A DNA stretch of 64,000 bases. It comes from Octopus sinensis. Its lineage: Eukaryota. The notes under the pieces were generated by a model. It saw nothing but the letters and a program-made list of their open reading frames with translations, ran no database searches and was not told the DNA's origin. Position numbers and translations under genes: made by a program. Of the stretch, positions 49,789-62,400 are shown piece after piece. Position 1 is the stretch's first letter, and each line of letters opens with the position of its first letter. The DNA lies in contig NC_043017.1 of the NCBI RefSeq assembly GCF_006345805.1, positions 17,298,001-17,362,000 of the forward strand, in the 5' to 3' direction.

Positions 49789-52700
49789 ATATAAATATAA
49801 AAAAAGGGGACCAAGAAGTGGATCGAACGACGAATCGGAACGAACCTGATGCGGGGCGCTGTCAGACAATAAGGAGATAAATAAAAATATATGCATACAT
49901 ACAAACATATATGTACGTACCTACATCTACATGTATATATACATGCATATATAAATAATTATACGGAAGTACAGGACATCACAATAAGAAGTAGAAACGG
50001 AAAAAGCCAAAAAACAAAAAACAAAAAAACAAGGAAAACGAAAAAAAAAAAAAACAAATACAGGACGAGCTACACAAGGACAAAACCCCCGTCATCAGCT
50101 GTCGCTAGAGGAGTCAGGCATGTTTCGAAGGCATAACAGAACACTAATCCAATAGGCCTTCCTGCGAGAGAATTAAAATAAATTCAAGCAGCGGGGCACA
50201 ATGAGTACGAACACAAACGTACAAAAACAAACACAAGAAGGAGACGAACGGAAAAGCCTTTTTTCTGGCATAGACAAACAATAAAACTGCAAAAATAAAA
50301 ATACAAGTACAAAAAGTACAATTAGTTACAAAACGAGAAAATAACAAGAATACTATACAGGAAATCAACCACACAAGGGGACGAACGAACGAAAAGAAGC
50401 CTTTTGCTGGCAAGGACGAAAGTGTAGTAGCAGCGCGTGGAGGCAGTCTTTTAAATAGTGGGAACCACGTGTAAAGGAATTTGTTTTATAGGCAAGGAAG
50501 AGGGAAGGAGGAGGGGGACACGCAGCGAAGAGAGAGGAGGAGGGGGAGGGAGAAAGATTGAAGAGGTTAAAGCAAAAGAAAGGGAGAGAGTACCGCATCT
50601 TCAATATAATAATATAAATATAAAAAAAGGGGACCAAGAAGTGGATCGAAACGACGAATCGGAACGAACCTGATGCGGGGCGCTGTCAGACAATAAGGAG
50701 ATAAATAAAAATATATGCATACATACAAACATATATGTACGTACTACATCTACATGTATATATACATGCATATATAATAATTATACGGAAGTACAGGACA
50801 TCACAATAAGACGTAGAAACGGAAAAAGCCAAAAAACAAAAAACAAGAAAACGGAAAACGAAAAACAAATACAGGACGAGCTACACAAGGACAAAACCCC
50901 CGTCATCAGCTGTCGCTAGAGGAGTCAGGCATGTTTCGAAGCATAACAGAACACTAATCCAATAGGCCTTCCTGCGAGAGAATTAAAATAAAATTTCAAG
51001 CAGCGGGGCACAATGAGTACGAACCAAACGTACAAAAACAAACACAAGAGGACGAACGGAAAAGCCTTTTTTCTGGCATAGACAAACAATAAAACTGCAA
51101 AAATAAAAATACAAGTACAAAAAGTACAATTAGTTACAAAACGAGAAAATAACAAGAATACTATACAGGAAATCAACCACACAAGGGGACGAACGAAGAA
51201 GCCTTTTGCTGGCAAGGACGAAAGTGTAGTAGCAGCGCGTGGAGGCAGTCTTTTAAATAGTGGGAACCACGTGTAAAGGAATTTGTTTTATAGGCAAGGA
51301 AGGAGAGGGAAGGAGGGGGACACGCAGCGAAGGAGAGGAGAGGAGAGGGGGAGGGAGAAAGATTGAAGAGGTTAAAGCAAAAAGGGAGAGAGTACCGCCA
51401 TCTTCAATATAATAATATAAATATAAAAAAAGGGGACCAAGAAGTGGATCGAAACGACGAATCGGAACGAACCTGATGCGGGGCGCTGTCAGACAATAAG
51501 GAGATAAATAAAAATATATGCATACATACAAACATATATGTACGTACCTACATCTACATGTATATATACATGCATATATAAATAATTATACGGAAGTACA
51601 GGACATCACAATAAGACGTAGAAACGGAAAAAAAAAAAAAAAAGCCAAAAAACAAAAAACAAGAAAACGGAAAACGAAAAACAAATACAGGACGAGCTAC
51701 ACAAGGACAAAACCCCCGTCATCAGCTGTCGCTAGAGGAGTCAGGCATGTTTCGAAGGCATAACAGAACACTAATCCAATAGGCTTCCTGCGCGAGAGAA
51801 ATAAAATAAAATTTCAAGCAGCGGGGCACAATGAGTACGAACACAAACGTACAAAAACAAACACAAGAGGACGAACGGAAAAGCCTTTTTTCTGGCATAG
51901 ACAAACAATAAAACTGCAAAAATAAAAATACAAGTACAAAAAGTACAATTAGTTACAAAACGAGAAAAAAACAAGAATAAATAACAGGAAATCAACCACA
52001 CAAGGACAGGGAACGAAAAGAAGCCTTTTGCTGGCAAGGACGAAGTGTAGTAGCAGCGCGTGGAGGCAGTCTTTTAAATAGTGGGAACCACGTGTAAAGG
52101 AATTTTGTTTTATAGGCAAGGAAGAGGGAAGGAGGAGGGGGACACGCAGCGAAGAGAGAGAGAGGAGGGGGAGGGAGAAAGATTGAAGAGGTTAAAGCAA
52201 AGGGAGAGAGAGTACCGCATCTTCAATATAATAATATAAATATAAAAAAAGGGGACCAAGAAGTGGATCGAAACGACGAATCGGAACGAACCTGATGCGG
52301 GGCGCTGTCAGACAATAAGGAGATAAATAAAAATATATGCATACATACAAACATATATGTACGTACCTACATCTACATGTATATATACATGCATATATAA
52401 ATAATTATACGGAAGTACAGGACATCACAATAAGACGTAGAAACGGAAAAAGCCAAAAAACAAAAAACAAGAAAACGGAAAACGAAAAACAAATACAGGA
52501 CGAGCTACACAAGGACAAAACCCCCGTCATCAGCTGTCGCTAGAGGAGTCAGGCATGTTCGAAGGCATAACAGAACACTAATCCAATAGGCCTTCCTGCG
52601 AGAGAATTAAAATAAAATTTCAAGCAGCGGGGCACAATGAGTACGAACACAAACGTACAAAAACAAACACAAGAGGACGAACGGAAAAGCCTTTTTTCTG

Positions 52701-55700
52701 GCATAGACAAACAATAAAACTGCAAAAATAAAAATACAAGTACAAAAAGTACAATTAGTTACAAAACGAGAAAATAACAAGAATACTATACAGGAAATCA
52801 ACCACACAAGGGGACGAACGAAGAAGCCTTTTGCTGGCAAGGACGAAAGTGTAGTAGCAGCGCGTGGAGGCAGTCTTTTAAATAGTGGGAACCACGTGTA
52901 AAGGAATTTTGTTTTATAGGCAAGGAAGAGGGAAGGAGGAGGGGGACACGCAGCGAAGAGAGAGGAGGAGGGGGAGGGAGAAAGATTGAAGAGGTTAAAG
53001 CAAAGGGAGAGAGTACCGCATCTTCAATATAATAATATAAATATAAAAAAAGGGGACCAAGAAGTGGATCGAAACGACGAATCGGAACGAACCTGATGCG
53101 GGGCGCTGTCAGACAATAAGGAGATAAATAAAAATATATGCATACATACAAACATATATGTACGTACCTACATCTACATGTATATATACATGCATATATA
53201 AATAATTATACGGAAGTACAGGACATCACAATAAGACGTAGAAACGGAAAAAGCCAAAAAAACAAAAAACAAGAAAACGGAAAACGAAAAACAAATACAG
53301 GACGAGCTACACAAGGACAAAACCCCCGTCATCAGCTGTCGCTAGAGGAGTCAGGCATGTTTCGAAGGCATAACAGAACACTAATCCAATAGGCCTTCCT
53401 GCGAGAGAATTAAAATAAAATTTCAAGCAGCGGGGCACAATGAGTACGAACACAAACGTACAAAAACAAACACAAGAGGACGAACGGAAAAGCCTTTTTT
53501 CTGGCATAGACAAACAATAAAACTGCAAAAATAAAAATACAAGTACAAAAAGTACAATTAGTTACAAAACGAGAAAATAACAAGAATACTATACAGGAAA
53601 TCAACCACACAAGGGGACGAACGAAGAAGCCTTTTGCTGGCAAGGACGAAAGTGTAGTAGCAGCGCGTGGAGGCAGTCTTTTAAATAGTGGGAACCACGT
53701 GTAAAGGAATTTTGTTTTATAGGCAAGGAAAGAGGAAGGAGGAGGGGGACACGCAGCGAAGAGAGAGGAGGAGGGGGAGGGAGAAAGATTGAAGAGGTTA
53801 AAGCAAAGGGAGAGAGTACCGCATCTTCAATATAAATATAAATATAAAAAAAGGGGACCAAGAAGTGGATCGAAACGACGAATCGGAACGAACCTGATGC
53901 GGGGCGCTGTCAGACAATAAGGAGATAAATAAAAATATATGCATACATACAAACATATATGTACGTACCTACATCTACATGTATATATACATGCATATAT
54001 AAATAATTATACGGAAGTACAGGACATCACAATAAGACGTAGAAACGGAAAAAGCAAAAAGCAAAAACACAAAAAAACAAGAAAACGGAAAACGAAAAAC
54101 AAATACAGGACGAGCTACACAAGGACAAAACCCCCGTCATCAGCTGTCGCTAGAGGAGTCAGGCATGTTTCGAAGGCATAACAGAACACTAATCCAATAG
54201 GCTTCCTGCGAGAGAATTAAAATAAAATTTCAAGCAGCGGGGCACAATGAGTACGAAACAAAAACGTACAAAAACAAACACAAGAGGACGAACGGAAAAG
54301 CCTTTTTTCTGGCATAGAAAAACAATAAAACTGCAAAAATAAAAATACAAGTACAAAAAGTACAATTAGTTACAAAACGAGAAAATAACAAGAATACTAT
54401 ACAGGAAATCAACCACACAAGGGGACGAACGAAGAAGCCTTTTGCTGGCAAGGACGAAAGTGTAGTAGCAGCGCGTGGAGGCAGTCTTTTAAATAGTGGG
54501 AACCACGTGTAAAGGAATTTTGTTTTATAGGCAAGGAAGAGGGAAGGAGGAGGGGGACACGCAGCGAAGAGAGAGGAGGAGGGGGAGGGAGAAAGATTGA
54601 GAGGTTAAAGAAAAGGAGAGAGTACCGCATCTTCAATATAATAATATAAATATAAAAAAAGGGGACCAAGAAGTGGATCGAAACGACGAATCGGAACGAA
54701 CCTGATGCGGGGCGCTGTCAGACAATAAGGAGATAAATAAAAATATATGCATACATACAAACATATATGTACGTACCTACATCTACATGTATATATACAT
54801 GCATATATAAATAATTATACGGAAGTACAGGACATCACAATAAGACGTAGAAACGGAAAAAGCCAAAAAACAAAAAACAAGAAAACGGAAAACGAAAAAC
54901 AAATACAGGACGAGCTACACAAGGACAAAACCCCCGTCATCAGCTGTCGCTAGAGGAGTCAGGCATGTTTCGAAGGCATAACAGAACACTAATCCATAGG
55001 CCTTCCTGCGAGAGAATTAAAATAAAATTTCAAGCAGCGGGGCACAATGAGTACGAACACAAACGTACAAAAACAAACACAAGAGGACGAACGGAAAAGC
55101 CTTTTTTCTGGCATAGACAAACAATAAAACTGCAAAAATAAAAAAATACAAGTAAAAAGTACAATTAGTTACAAAACGAAAATAAAAACAAGAATACTAT
55201 ACAGGAAATCAACCACACACAGGGGACGAACGAAGAAGCTTTTGCTGGCAAGGACGAAAGTGTAGTAGCAGCGCGTGGAGGCAGTCTTTTAAATAGTGGG
55301 AACCACGTGTAAAGGAATTTTGTTTTATAGGCAAGGAAGAGGGAAGGAGGAGGGGGACACGCAGCGAAGAGAGAGGAGGAGGGGGAGGGAGAAAGATTGA
55401 AGAGGTTAAAGCAAAGGGAGAGAGTACCGCATCTTCAATATAATAATATAAATATAAAAAAAGGGGACCAAGAAGTGGATCGAAACGACGAATCGGAACG
55501 AACCTGATGCGGGGCGCTGTCAGACAATAAGGAGATAAATAAAAATATATGCATACATACAAACATATATGTACGTACCTACATCTACATGTATATATAC
55601 ATGCATATATAAATAATTATACGGAAGTACAGGACATCACAATAAGACGTAGAAACGGAAAAAGCCAAAAAACAAAAAACAAGAAAACGGAAAACGAAAA

Positions 55701-58700
55701 ACAAATACAGGACGAGCTACACAAGGACAAAACCCCCGTCATCAGCTGTCGCTAGAGGAGTCAGGCATGTTTCGAAGGATAACAGAACACTAACCAAATA
55801 GGCCTTCCTGCATAGGCCGAATTAGAATTAAAATAAAATTTCAAGCAGGGGCACAATGAGTACGAACACAAACGTACAAAAACAAACACAAGAGGACGAA
55901 CGGAAAAGCCTTTTTTCTGGCATAGACAAACAATAAAACTGCAAAAATAAAAATACAAGTACAAAAAGTACAATTAGTTACAAAACGAGAAAATAACAAG
56001 AATACTATACAGGAATCAACCACACTTTCGTCCTTGCCAGCAAAAGGCTTCTTCGTTCGTCCCCTTGTGTGGTTGATTTCCTGTATAGTATTCTTGTTAT
56101 TTTCTCGTTTTGTAACTAATTGTACTTTTTGTACTTGTATTTTTATTTTTGCAGTTTTATTGTTTGTCTATGCCAGAAAAAAGGCTTTTCCGTTCGTCCT
56201 CTTGTGTTTGTTTTTGTACGTTTGTGTTCGTACTCATTGTGCCCCGCTGCTGTTGAAATTTTATTTTAATTCTCTCGCAGGAAGGCCTATTGGATTAGTG
56301 TTCTGTTATGCCTTCGAAACATGCCTGACTCCTCTAGCGACAGCTGATGACGGGGGTTTTGTCCTTGTGTAGCTCGTCCTGTATTGTTTTTCGTTTTCCG
56401 TTTTCTTGTTTTTGTGTTTTTTGGCTTTTTCCGTTTCTACGTCTTATTGTGATGTCCTGTACTTCCGTATAATTATTTATATATGCATGTATATATACAT
56501 GTAGATGTAGGTACGTACATATATGTTTGTATGTATGCATATATTTATTTATCTCCTTATTGTCTGACAGCGCCCCGCATCAGGTTCGTTCCGATTCGTC
56601 GTTTCGATCCACTTCTTGGTCCCCTTTTTTTATATTTATATTATTATATTGAAGATGCGGTACTCTCTCCCTTTGCTTTAACCTCTTCAATCTTTCTCCC
56701 TCCCCCTCCTCCTCTCTCTTCGCTGCGTGTCCCCCTCCTCCTTCCCTCTTCCTTGCCTATAAAACAAAATTCCTTTACACGTGGTTCCCACTATTAAAAG
56801 ACTGCCTCCACGCGCTTGCTACTACACTTTCGTCCTTGCCAGCAAAAGCTTCTTCGTTCGTCCCCTTGTGTGGTTGATTTCCTGTATAGTATTCTTGTTA
56901 TTTTCTCGTTTTGTAACTAATTGTACTTTTTGTACTTGTATTTTTTTATTTTTGCAGTTTTATTGTTTGTCTATGCCAGAAAAAAGGCTTTTCCGTTCGA
57001 CCTCTTGTGTTTGTTTTTGTACGTTTGTGTTCGTACTCATTGTGCCCCGCTGCTTGAAATTTTATTTTAATTCTCTCGCAGGAAGGCTATTGGATTAGTG
57101 TTCTGTTATGCCTTCGAAACATGCCTGACTCCTCTAGCGACAGCTGATGACGGGGGTTTTGTCCTTGTGTAGCTCGTCCTGTATTTGTTTTTCGTTTTCC
57201 GTTTTCTTGTTTTTTGTTTTTTGGCTTTTTCCGTTTCTACGTCTTATTGTGATGTCCTGTACTTCCGTATAATATTTATATATGCATGTATATATACATG
57301 TAGATGTAGGTACGTACATATATGTTTGTATGTATGCATATATTTTTATTTATCTCCTTATTGTCTGACAGCGCCCCGCATCAGGTTCGTTCCGATTCGT
57401 CGTTTCGATCCACTTCTTGGTCCCCTTTTTTTATATTTATATTATTATATTGAAGATGCGGTACTCTCTCCCTTTGCTTTAACCTCTTCAATCTTTCTCC
57501 CTCCCCCCCTCCTTCTCTTCGCTGCGTGTCCCCCTCCTCCTTCCCTCTTCTTGCCTATAAAACAAAATTCCTTTACACGTGGTTCCCACTATTTAAAAGA
57601 CTGCCTCCACGCGCTGCTACTACACTTTCGTCCTTGCCAGCAAAAGGCTTCTTCGTTCGTCCCCTTGTGTGGTTGATTTCCTGTATAGTATTCTTGTTAT
57701 TTTCTCGTTTTGTAACTAATTGTACTTTTTGTACTTGTATTTTTATTTTTGCAGTTTTATTGTTGGTCTATGCCAGAAAAAAAAGGCTTTTCCGTTCGTC
57801 CTCTTGTGTTTGTTTTTGTACGTTTGTGTTCGTACTCATTGTGCCCCGCTGCTTGAAATTTTATTTTAATTCTCTCGCAGGAAGGCCTATTGGATTAGTG
57901 TTCTGTTATGCCTTCGAAACATGCCTGACTCCTCTAGCGACAGCTGATGACGGGGGTTTTGTCCTTGTGTAGCCTGTCCTGTATTGTTTTTCGTTTTCCG
58001 TTTTCTTGTTTTTTGTTTTTTGGCTTTTTCCGTTTCTACGTCTTATTGTGATGTCCTGTACTTCCGTATAATTATTTATATATGCATGTATATATACATG
58101 TAGATGTAGGTACGTACATATATGTTTGTATGTAGCATATATTTTTATTTATCTCCTTATTGTCTGACAGCGCCCCGCATCAGGTTCGTTCCGATTCGTC
58201 GTTTCGATCCACTTCTTGGTCCCCTTTTTTTATATTTATATTATTATATTGAAGATGCGGTACTCTCTCCCTTGCTTTAACCTCTTCAATCTTTCTCCTC
58301 CCCCTCCTCCTCTCTCTTCGCTGCGTGTCCCCCTCCTCCTTCCCTCTTCTTGCCTATATAAAACAAAATTCCTTTACACGTGGTTCCCACTATTTAAAAG
58401 ACTGCCTCCACGCGCGCTGCTACTACACTTTCGTCCTTGCCAGCAAAAGGCTTCTTCGTTCGTCCCCTTGTGTGGTTGATTTCCTGTATAGTATTCTTGT
58501 TATTTTCTCGTTTTGTAACTAATTGTACTTTTTGTACTTGTATTTTTATTTTTGCAGTTTTATTGTTTGTCTATGCCAGAAAAAAGGCTTTTCCGTTCGT
58601 CCTCTTGTGTTTGTTTTTGTACGTTTGTGTTCGTACTCATTGTGCCCCGCTGCTTGAAATTTTATTTTAATTCTCTCGCAGGAAGGCCTATTGGATTAGT

Positions 58701-59757
58701 GTTCTGTTATGCCTTCGAAACATGCCTGACTCCTCTAGCGACAGCTGATGCGGGGGGGTTTTGTCCTTGTGTAGCTCGTCCTGTATTTGTTTTTCGTTTT
58801 CCGTTTTCTTGTTTTTTGTTTTTTGGCTTTTTCCGTTTCTACGTCTTATTGTGATGTCCTGTACTTCCGTATAATTATTTATATATGCATGTATATATAC
58901 ATGTAGATGTAGGTACGTACATATATGTTTGTATGTATGCATATTTTTTATTTATCTCCTTATTGTCTGACAGCGCCCCGCATCAGGTTCGTTCCGATTC
59001 GTCGTTTCGATCCACTTCTTGGTCCCCTTTTTTTATATTTATATTATTATATTGAAGATGCGGTACTCTCTCCCTTTGCTTTAACCTCTTCAATCTTTCT
59101 CCCCCCCTCCTCCTCTCTCTTCGCTGCGTGTCCCCCTCCTCCTTCCCTCTTCCTTGCCTATAAAACAAAATTCCTTTACACGTGGTTCCACTATTTAAAA
59201 GACTGCCTCCACGCGCGCTGCTACTACACTTTCGTCCTTGCCAGCAAAAGGCTTCTTCGTTCGTCCCCTTGTGTGGTTGATTTCCTGTATAGTATTCTTG
59301 TTATTTTCTCGTTTTGTAACTAATTGTACTTTTGTACATGTATTTTTATTTTTGCAGTTTTATTGTTTGTCTATGCCAGAAAAAAGGCTTTTCCGTTCGT
59401 CCTCTTGTGTTGTTTTTGTACGTTTGTGTTCGTACTCATTGTGCCCCGCTGCTTGAAATTTTATTTTAATTCTCTCGCAGGAAGGCCTATTGGATTAGTG
59501 TTCTGTTATGCCTTCGAAACATGCCTGACTCCTCTAGCGACAGCTGATGACGGGGTTTTGTCCTTGTGTAGCTCGTCCTGTATTTGTTTTTCGTTTTCCG
59601 TTTTCTTGTTTTTTGTTTTTTGGCTTTTTCCCGTTTCTACGTCTTATTGTGATGTCCTGTACTTCCGTATAATTATTTATATATGCATGTATATATACAT
59701 GTAGATGTAGGTACGTACATATATGTTTGTATGTATGCATATATTTTTATTTATCTC

Positions 59758-59760
<3 letters not shown>
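49786..59760. repeat. ~803-bp tandem satellite: about 7.7 forward units then about 4.6 inverted units, converging at 56022-56066
   Basis: Anchor GGGGACCAAGAAGTGG at 49806, 50629, 51432, 52251, 53052, 53853, 54661 and 55463; its reverse complement near 56610, 57410, 58210 and 59010. Both outer ends abut (TA)n. Confidence 0.97.
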
Positions 59761-59797
<37 letters not shown>

Positions 59798-59854
59798 CTA
59801 TATATATATAAATACGTGTGTGTGCCTGAATATGTATATGTGCTTGTGGAACCT

Positions 59855-59855
59855 T

Positions 59856-59904
<49 letters not shown>

Positions 59905-59939
59905 CAGCAGCAGCAGTAGTAGTGGTGGTGGTGGTGGTG

Positions 59940-60000
<61 letters not shown>
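59855..60000. repeat. (TAG)n-(CAG)n-(TGG)n-(TAG)n compound repeat
   Basis: Direct inspection. Confidence 0.95.
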
Positions 60001-60001
<1 letters not shown>

Positions 60002-60139
60002 TGACGAGGATGATTTGACATAACTGGTGCCAATCTGACCTTTTTGGTGAAGCAATATTTCTGTCTCTCTGTGTTGTTTGTTTTTAGAATATTTCATTCC
60101 AGAGGAAAGACTACCAAAGATATTTAGCTAAAATACACG

Positions 60140-60358
60140 TAGGGAGACACTGAGGCACAGATGCAGAGAGGCACAAAGGCACAGAAGCAAAGAGAGACAG
60201 AACCACAGAGAACAGAGGTACAGAGGCACAGAGGGATAGAGGAACAGGAGGACACAGAGACAAAAGCATAGACAAAGGGACAGAATCATATGGAGACAGA
60301 AGCATATAGGGACAGAGGCACAGAAGGACAAAAGCACAGTGGGACAGAGGAATAGGGA
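60140..60358. repeat. Degenerate ~8-bp minisatellite (GAGGCACA/GAGGGACA)
   Basis: Recurrent ACAGA/GGCACAGA units. Confidence 0.7.
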
Positions 60359-60388
60359 CTTAAAATTACCTATTAATATCTTCTAAAC

Positions 60389-60697
60389 CAGTGGTTCCCA
60401 AAGTGGGTGGTATTCCCACCATGGGAGCGGAGGAAAGTTCTAAGGGGGCGTTGAAGAAATGTGAGGTGATAATAAGGTAGCGATACATGCAAAAATTGGA
60501 GCGATAATTGGGTGGAGATTCGTGTGAAAACAACAAAATAATGGGTTCATTAGGTTAAGTTTTATTTGTGGAATACCGTTGCTTTGAATTTATTTCAGAA
60601 AGAGGTCTATGTTTGTGATGGTTAGTTGGGGTGGGGGCACTAGGAATGTGGCCTGAATGTCAAGGGGGCAGCAGCCCTAAAAGTTTGGGAACCACTA
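60389..60697. mobile_element. hAT (Charlie-like) MITE
   Basis: TIRs CAGTGGTTCCCAAA / TTTGGGAACCACTA; left flank TTCTAAAC, with a degenerate match on the right. Confidence 0.8.
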
Positions 60698-61104
60698 TTA
60701 AACCAAACTCGAATGTAGATAGCGCCAAACCCTGCCCTGGAATGTACTTCACCAGAAATCGGAGATGACGAGGGGTGAAAAACCGTGCTGGAACCAAGGA
60801 AAATAGTAAATTATATTTTTGCGCTTAAATTGTTGCTGTATACATTTACTTACGATAGCAGAGTTGCATTTGAGTCCTTGTTATAATTCACTACGGTCCG
60901 TTAAAGATGGTTTCGTCCAGAAGATAATGCCCCTATTTTGTTGCAGATTCTTTTGAGTTCGTGCTTCACGGCGATTATGGTGGGCTCTAACCGATAAATT
61001 TGTTACTGCAAATTCATCAAGACTAGTTACATTGCTGTAAATACATCACCTGTAACTTCATTGCGAGGTACTTACATCGCTATGCCAGATATATATATAC
61101 ATAA

Positions 61105-61135
<31 letters not shown>

Positions 61136-61225
61136 ATATATATATATATATATTAATATATATATATATAATATATATAGCAATAATAATTCTCTAAATG
61201 AGATAGACAGTGACTGCTCCATAAT

Positions 61226-61520
61226 ATAAGGATATTAGCCAACCGAATATGGCTAGGGACAGGGCATGGTGGTGGGGGTGTCACTGTTGCATTTAGCCCC
61301 AGGCGAACATCAACGTCAAATAGGCAATACACCTTGAAACCTAGGTCCGTGTGTGGTATCCGCTTCTTGGTGAATGATCTCCCTTTGCAAGATAGAGGAC
61401 GCCGTGATGACGTCAGGCCTATCTGGTGACGTTGATGTTCGCCTGGGGCGAAATGCAACAGTGACACCCCCACCACCCTGCCCTGTCCCTAGCCATATTC
61501 GGTTGGCTAATATCCCTTAT
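61226..61520. mobile_element. MITE with ~100-bp terminal inverted repeats, inserted in (TA)n
   Basis: ATAAGGATATTAGCCAACCGAATATGGCTAGGGACAGGG..CAACGTCA is mirrored almost perfectly at about 61416-61520. Confidence 0.9.
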
Positions 61521-61532
61521 ATTATATATATA

Positions 61533-61572
<40 letters not shown>

Positions 61573-62094
61573 GCGGTATATTTCCTGTCCTATCTTTATC
61601 CACATATCGAATATATCTTTAAATATCTAAAAGTTCTCTATTTGCATTTAATTAACAATGTAAAGGAATTCCAAAAGCGGAAGTTAATATCAGATCTATT
61701 GAACACATTTAAATACATACATGTGGTGGGGCAGAACAAATCGAAATTATTTTTTAATATAAAAATCACAAAAATAAAATACAAAACTATTTCAAAATGG
61801 AGGCGGAAGAAACATTCTAAAAGAGAAATAATCAACAATGCCTCTTAAATATTCCAATATTCTGTGATTTTGTCATTCCTTAACATACAATTCTCGCCCC
61901 ATTATCTTTAGATTGCTTTTTACGATGTTAGAATTTTTCCTACATACCGCTCTGTTATTACTTTCTTCATGGCTCCCTTTCAATAATTTCTAAACCCTTC
62001 CGGATAGAACATGTATTTCATTTGTTTTTCCTTTGTTAATGAAATGAGTTATTTGACCATGTGAATAAAGCTTTAAATTATGTATATACTTTTC

Positions 62095-62400
62095 ATTGGG
62101 TGGGTAAAAAGTATAAGGCTGAATTTACCGCTAATGAATTGGCTCATTGGCTCAATACGTAACTACTTTGCGATGAAATGGCAGGCGATGTAATTACCCG
62201 CAATAAATTTACAACGAATGGTTTTGTGAAGCGGGGTATTTCATGTAGGACAGGAAAAGAAACTTCGGGAATTTTGAATGGTTTTACTGAAACCTGTTTG
62301 CATGTTTTCAAGAGGATTGTCAGGAAAGTATCGACGTTGGTGAGTTTAGGTCCACTTCACTTGCGACTGATACTGCATCACTTTGAGGATGTGTAGCCAC
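62095..62400 (+). mobile_element. Possible decayed mariner 5' end
   Basis: TIR-like GGGTGGGTAAAAAGTATAAGGCTGA and weak FKR..ESID..RS similarity. Confidence 0.35.

Noticed and set aside
53628-53660. U2 snRNA-like words GCCTTTTG..AAGTGTAGTA in each satellite unit
   Set aside because: Two short matches lie at roughly the right spacing (13 nt versus 9 nt), but stem I pairing, stem IIa/IIb and the 3' domain of U2 are absent. Not callable as U2; a cmsearch with the Rfam U2 model would settle it.
49786-59760. Satellite as CRISPR, rDNA, 5S, tRNA or histone array, or as a multicopy gene (MPAKGFF.., MHTYKHI.. ORFs)
   Set aside because: There is no repeat-spacer structure and no recognisable rRNA, tRNA or histone sequence. 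The ORFs are short, low-complexity and change frame between units.
60946-61067. Candidate exon (TTTTGTTGCAG acceptor, GAG|GTACTT donor)
   Set aside because: All three frames contain stops and there is no supporting neighbour exon.
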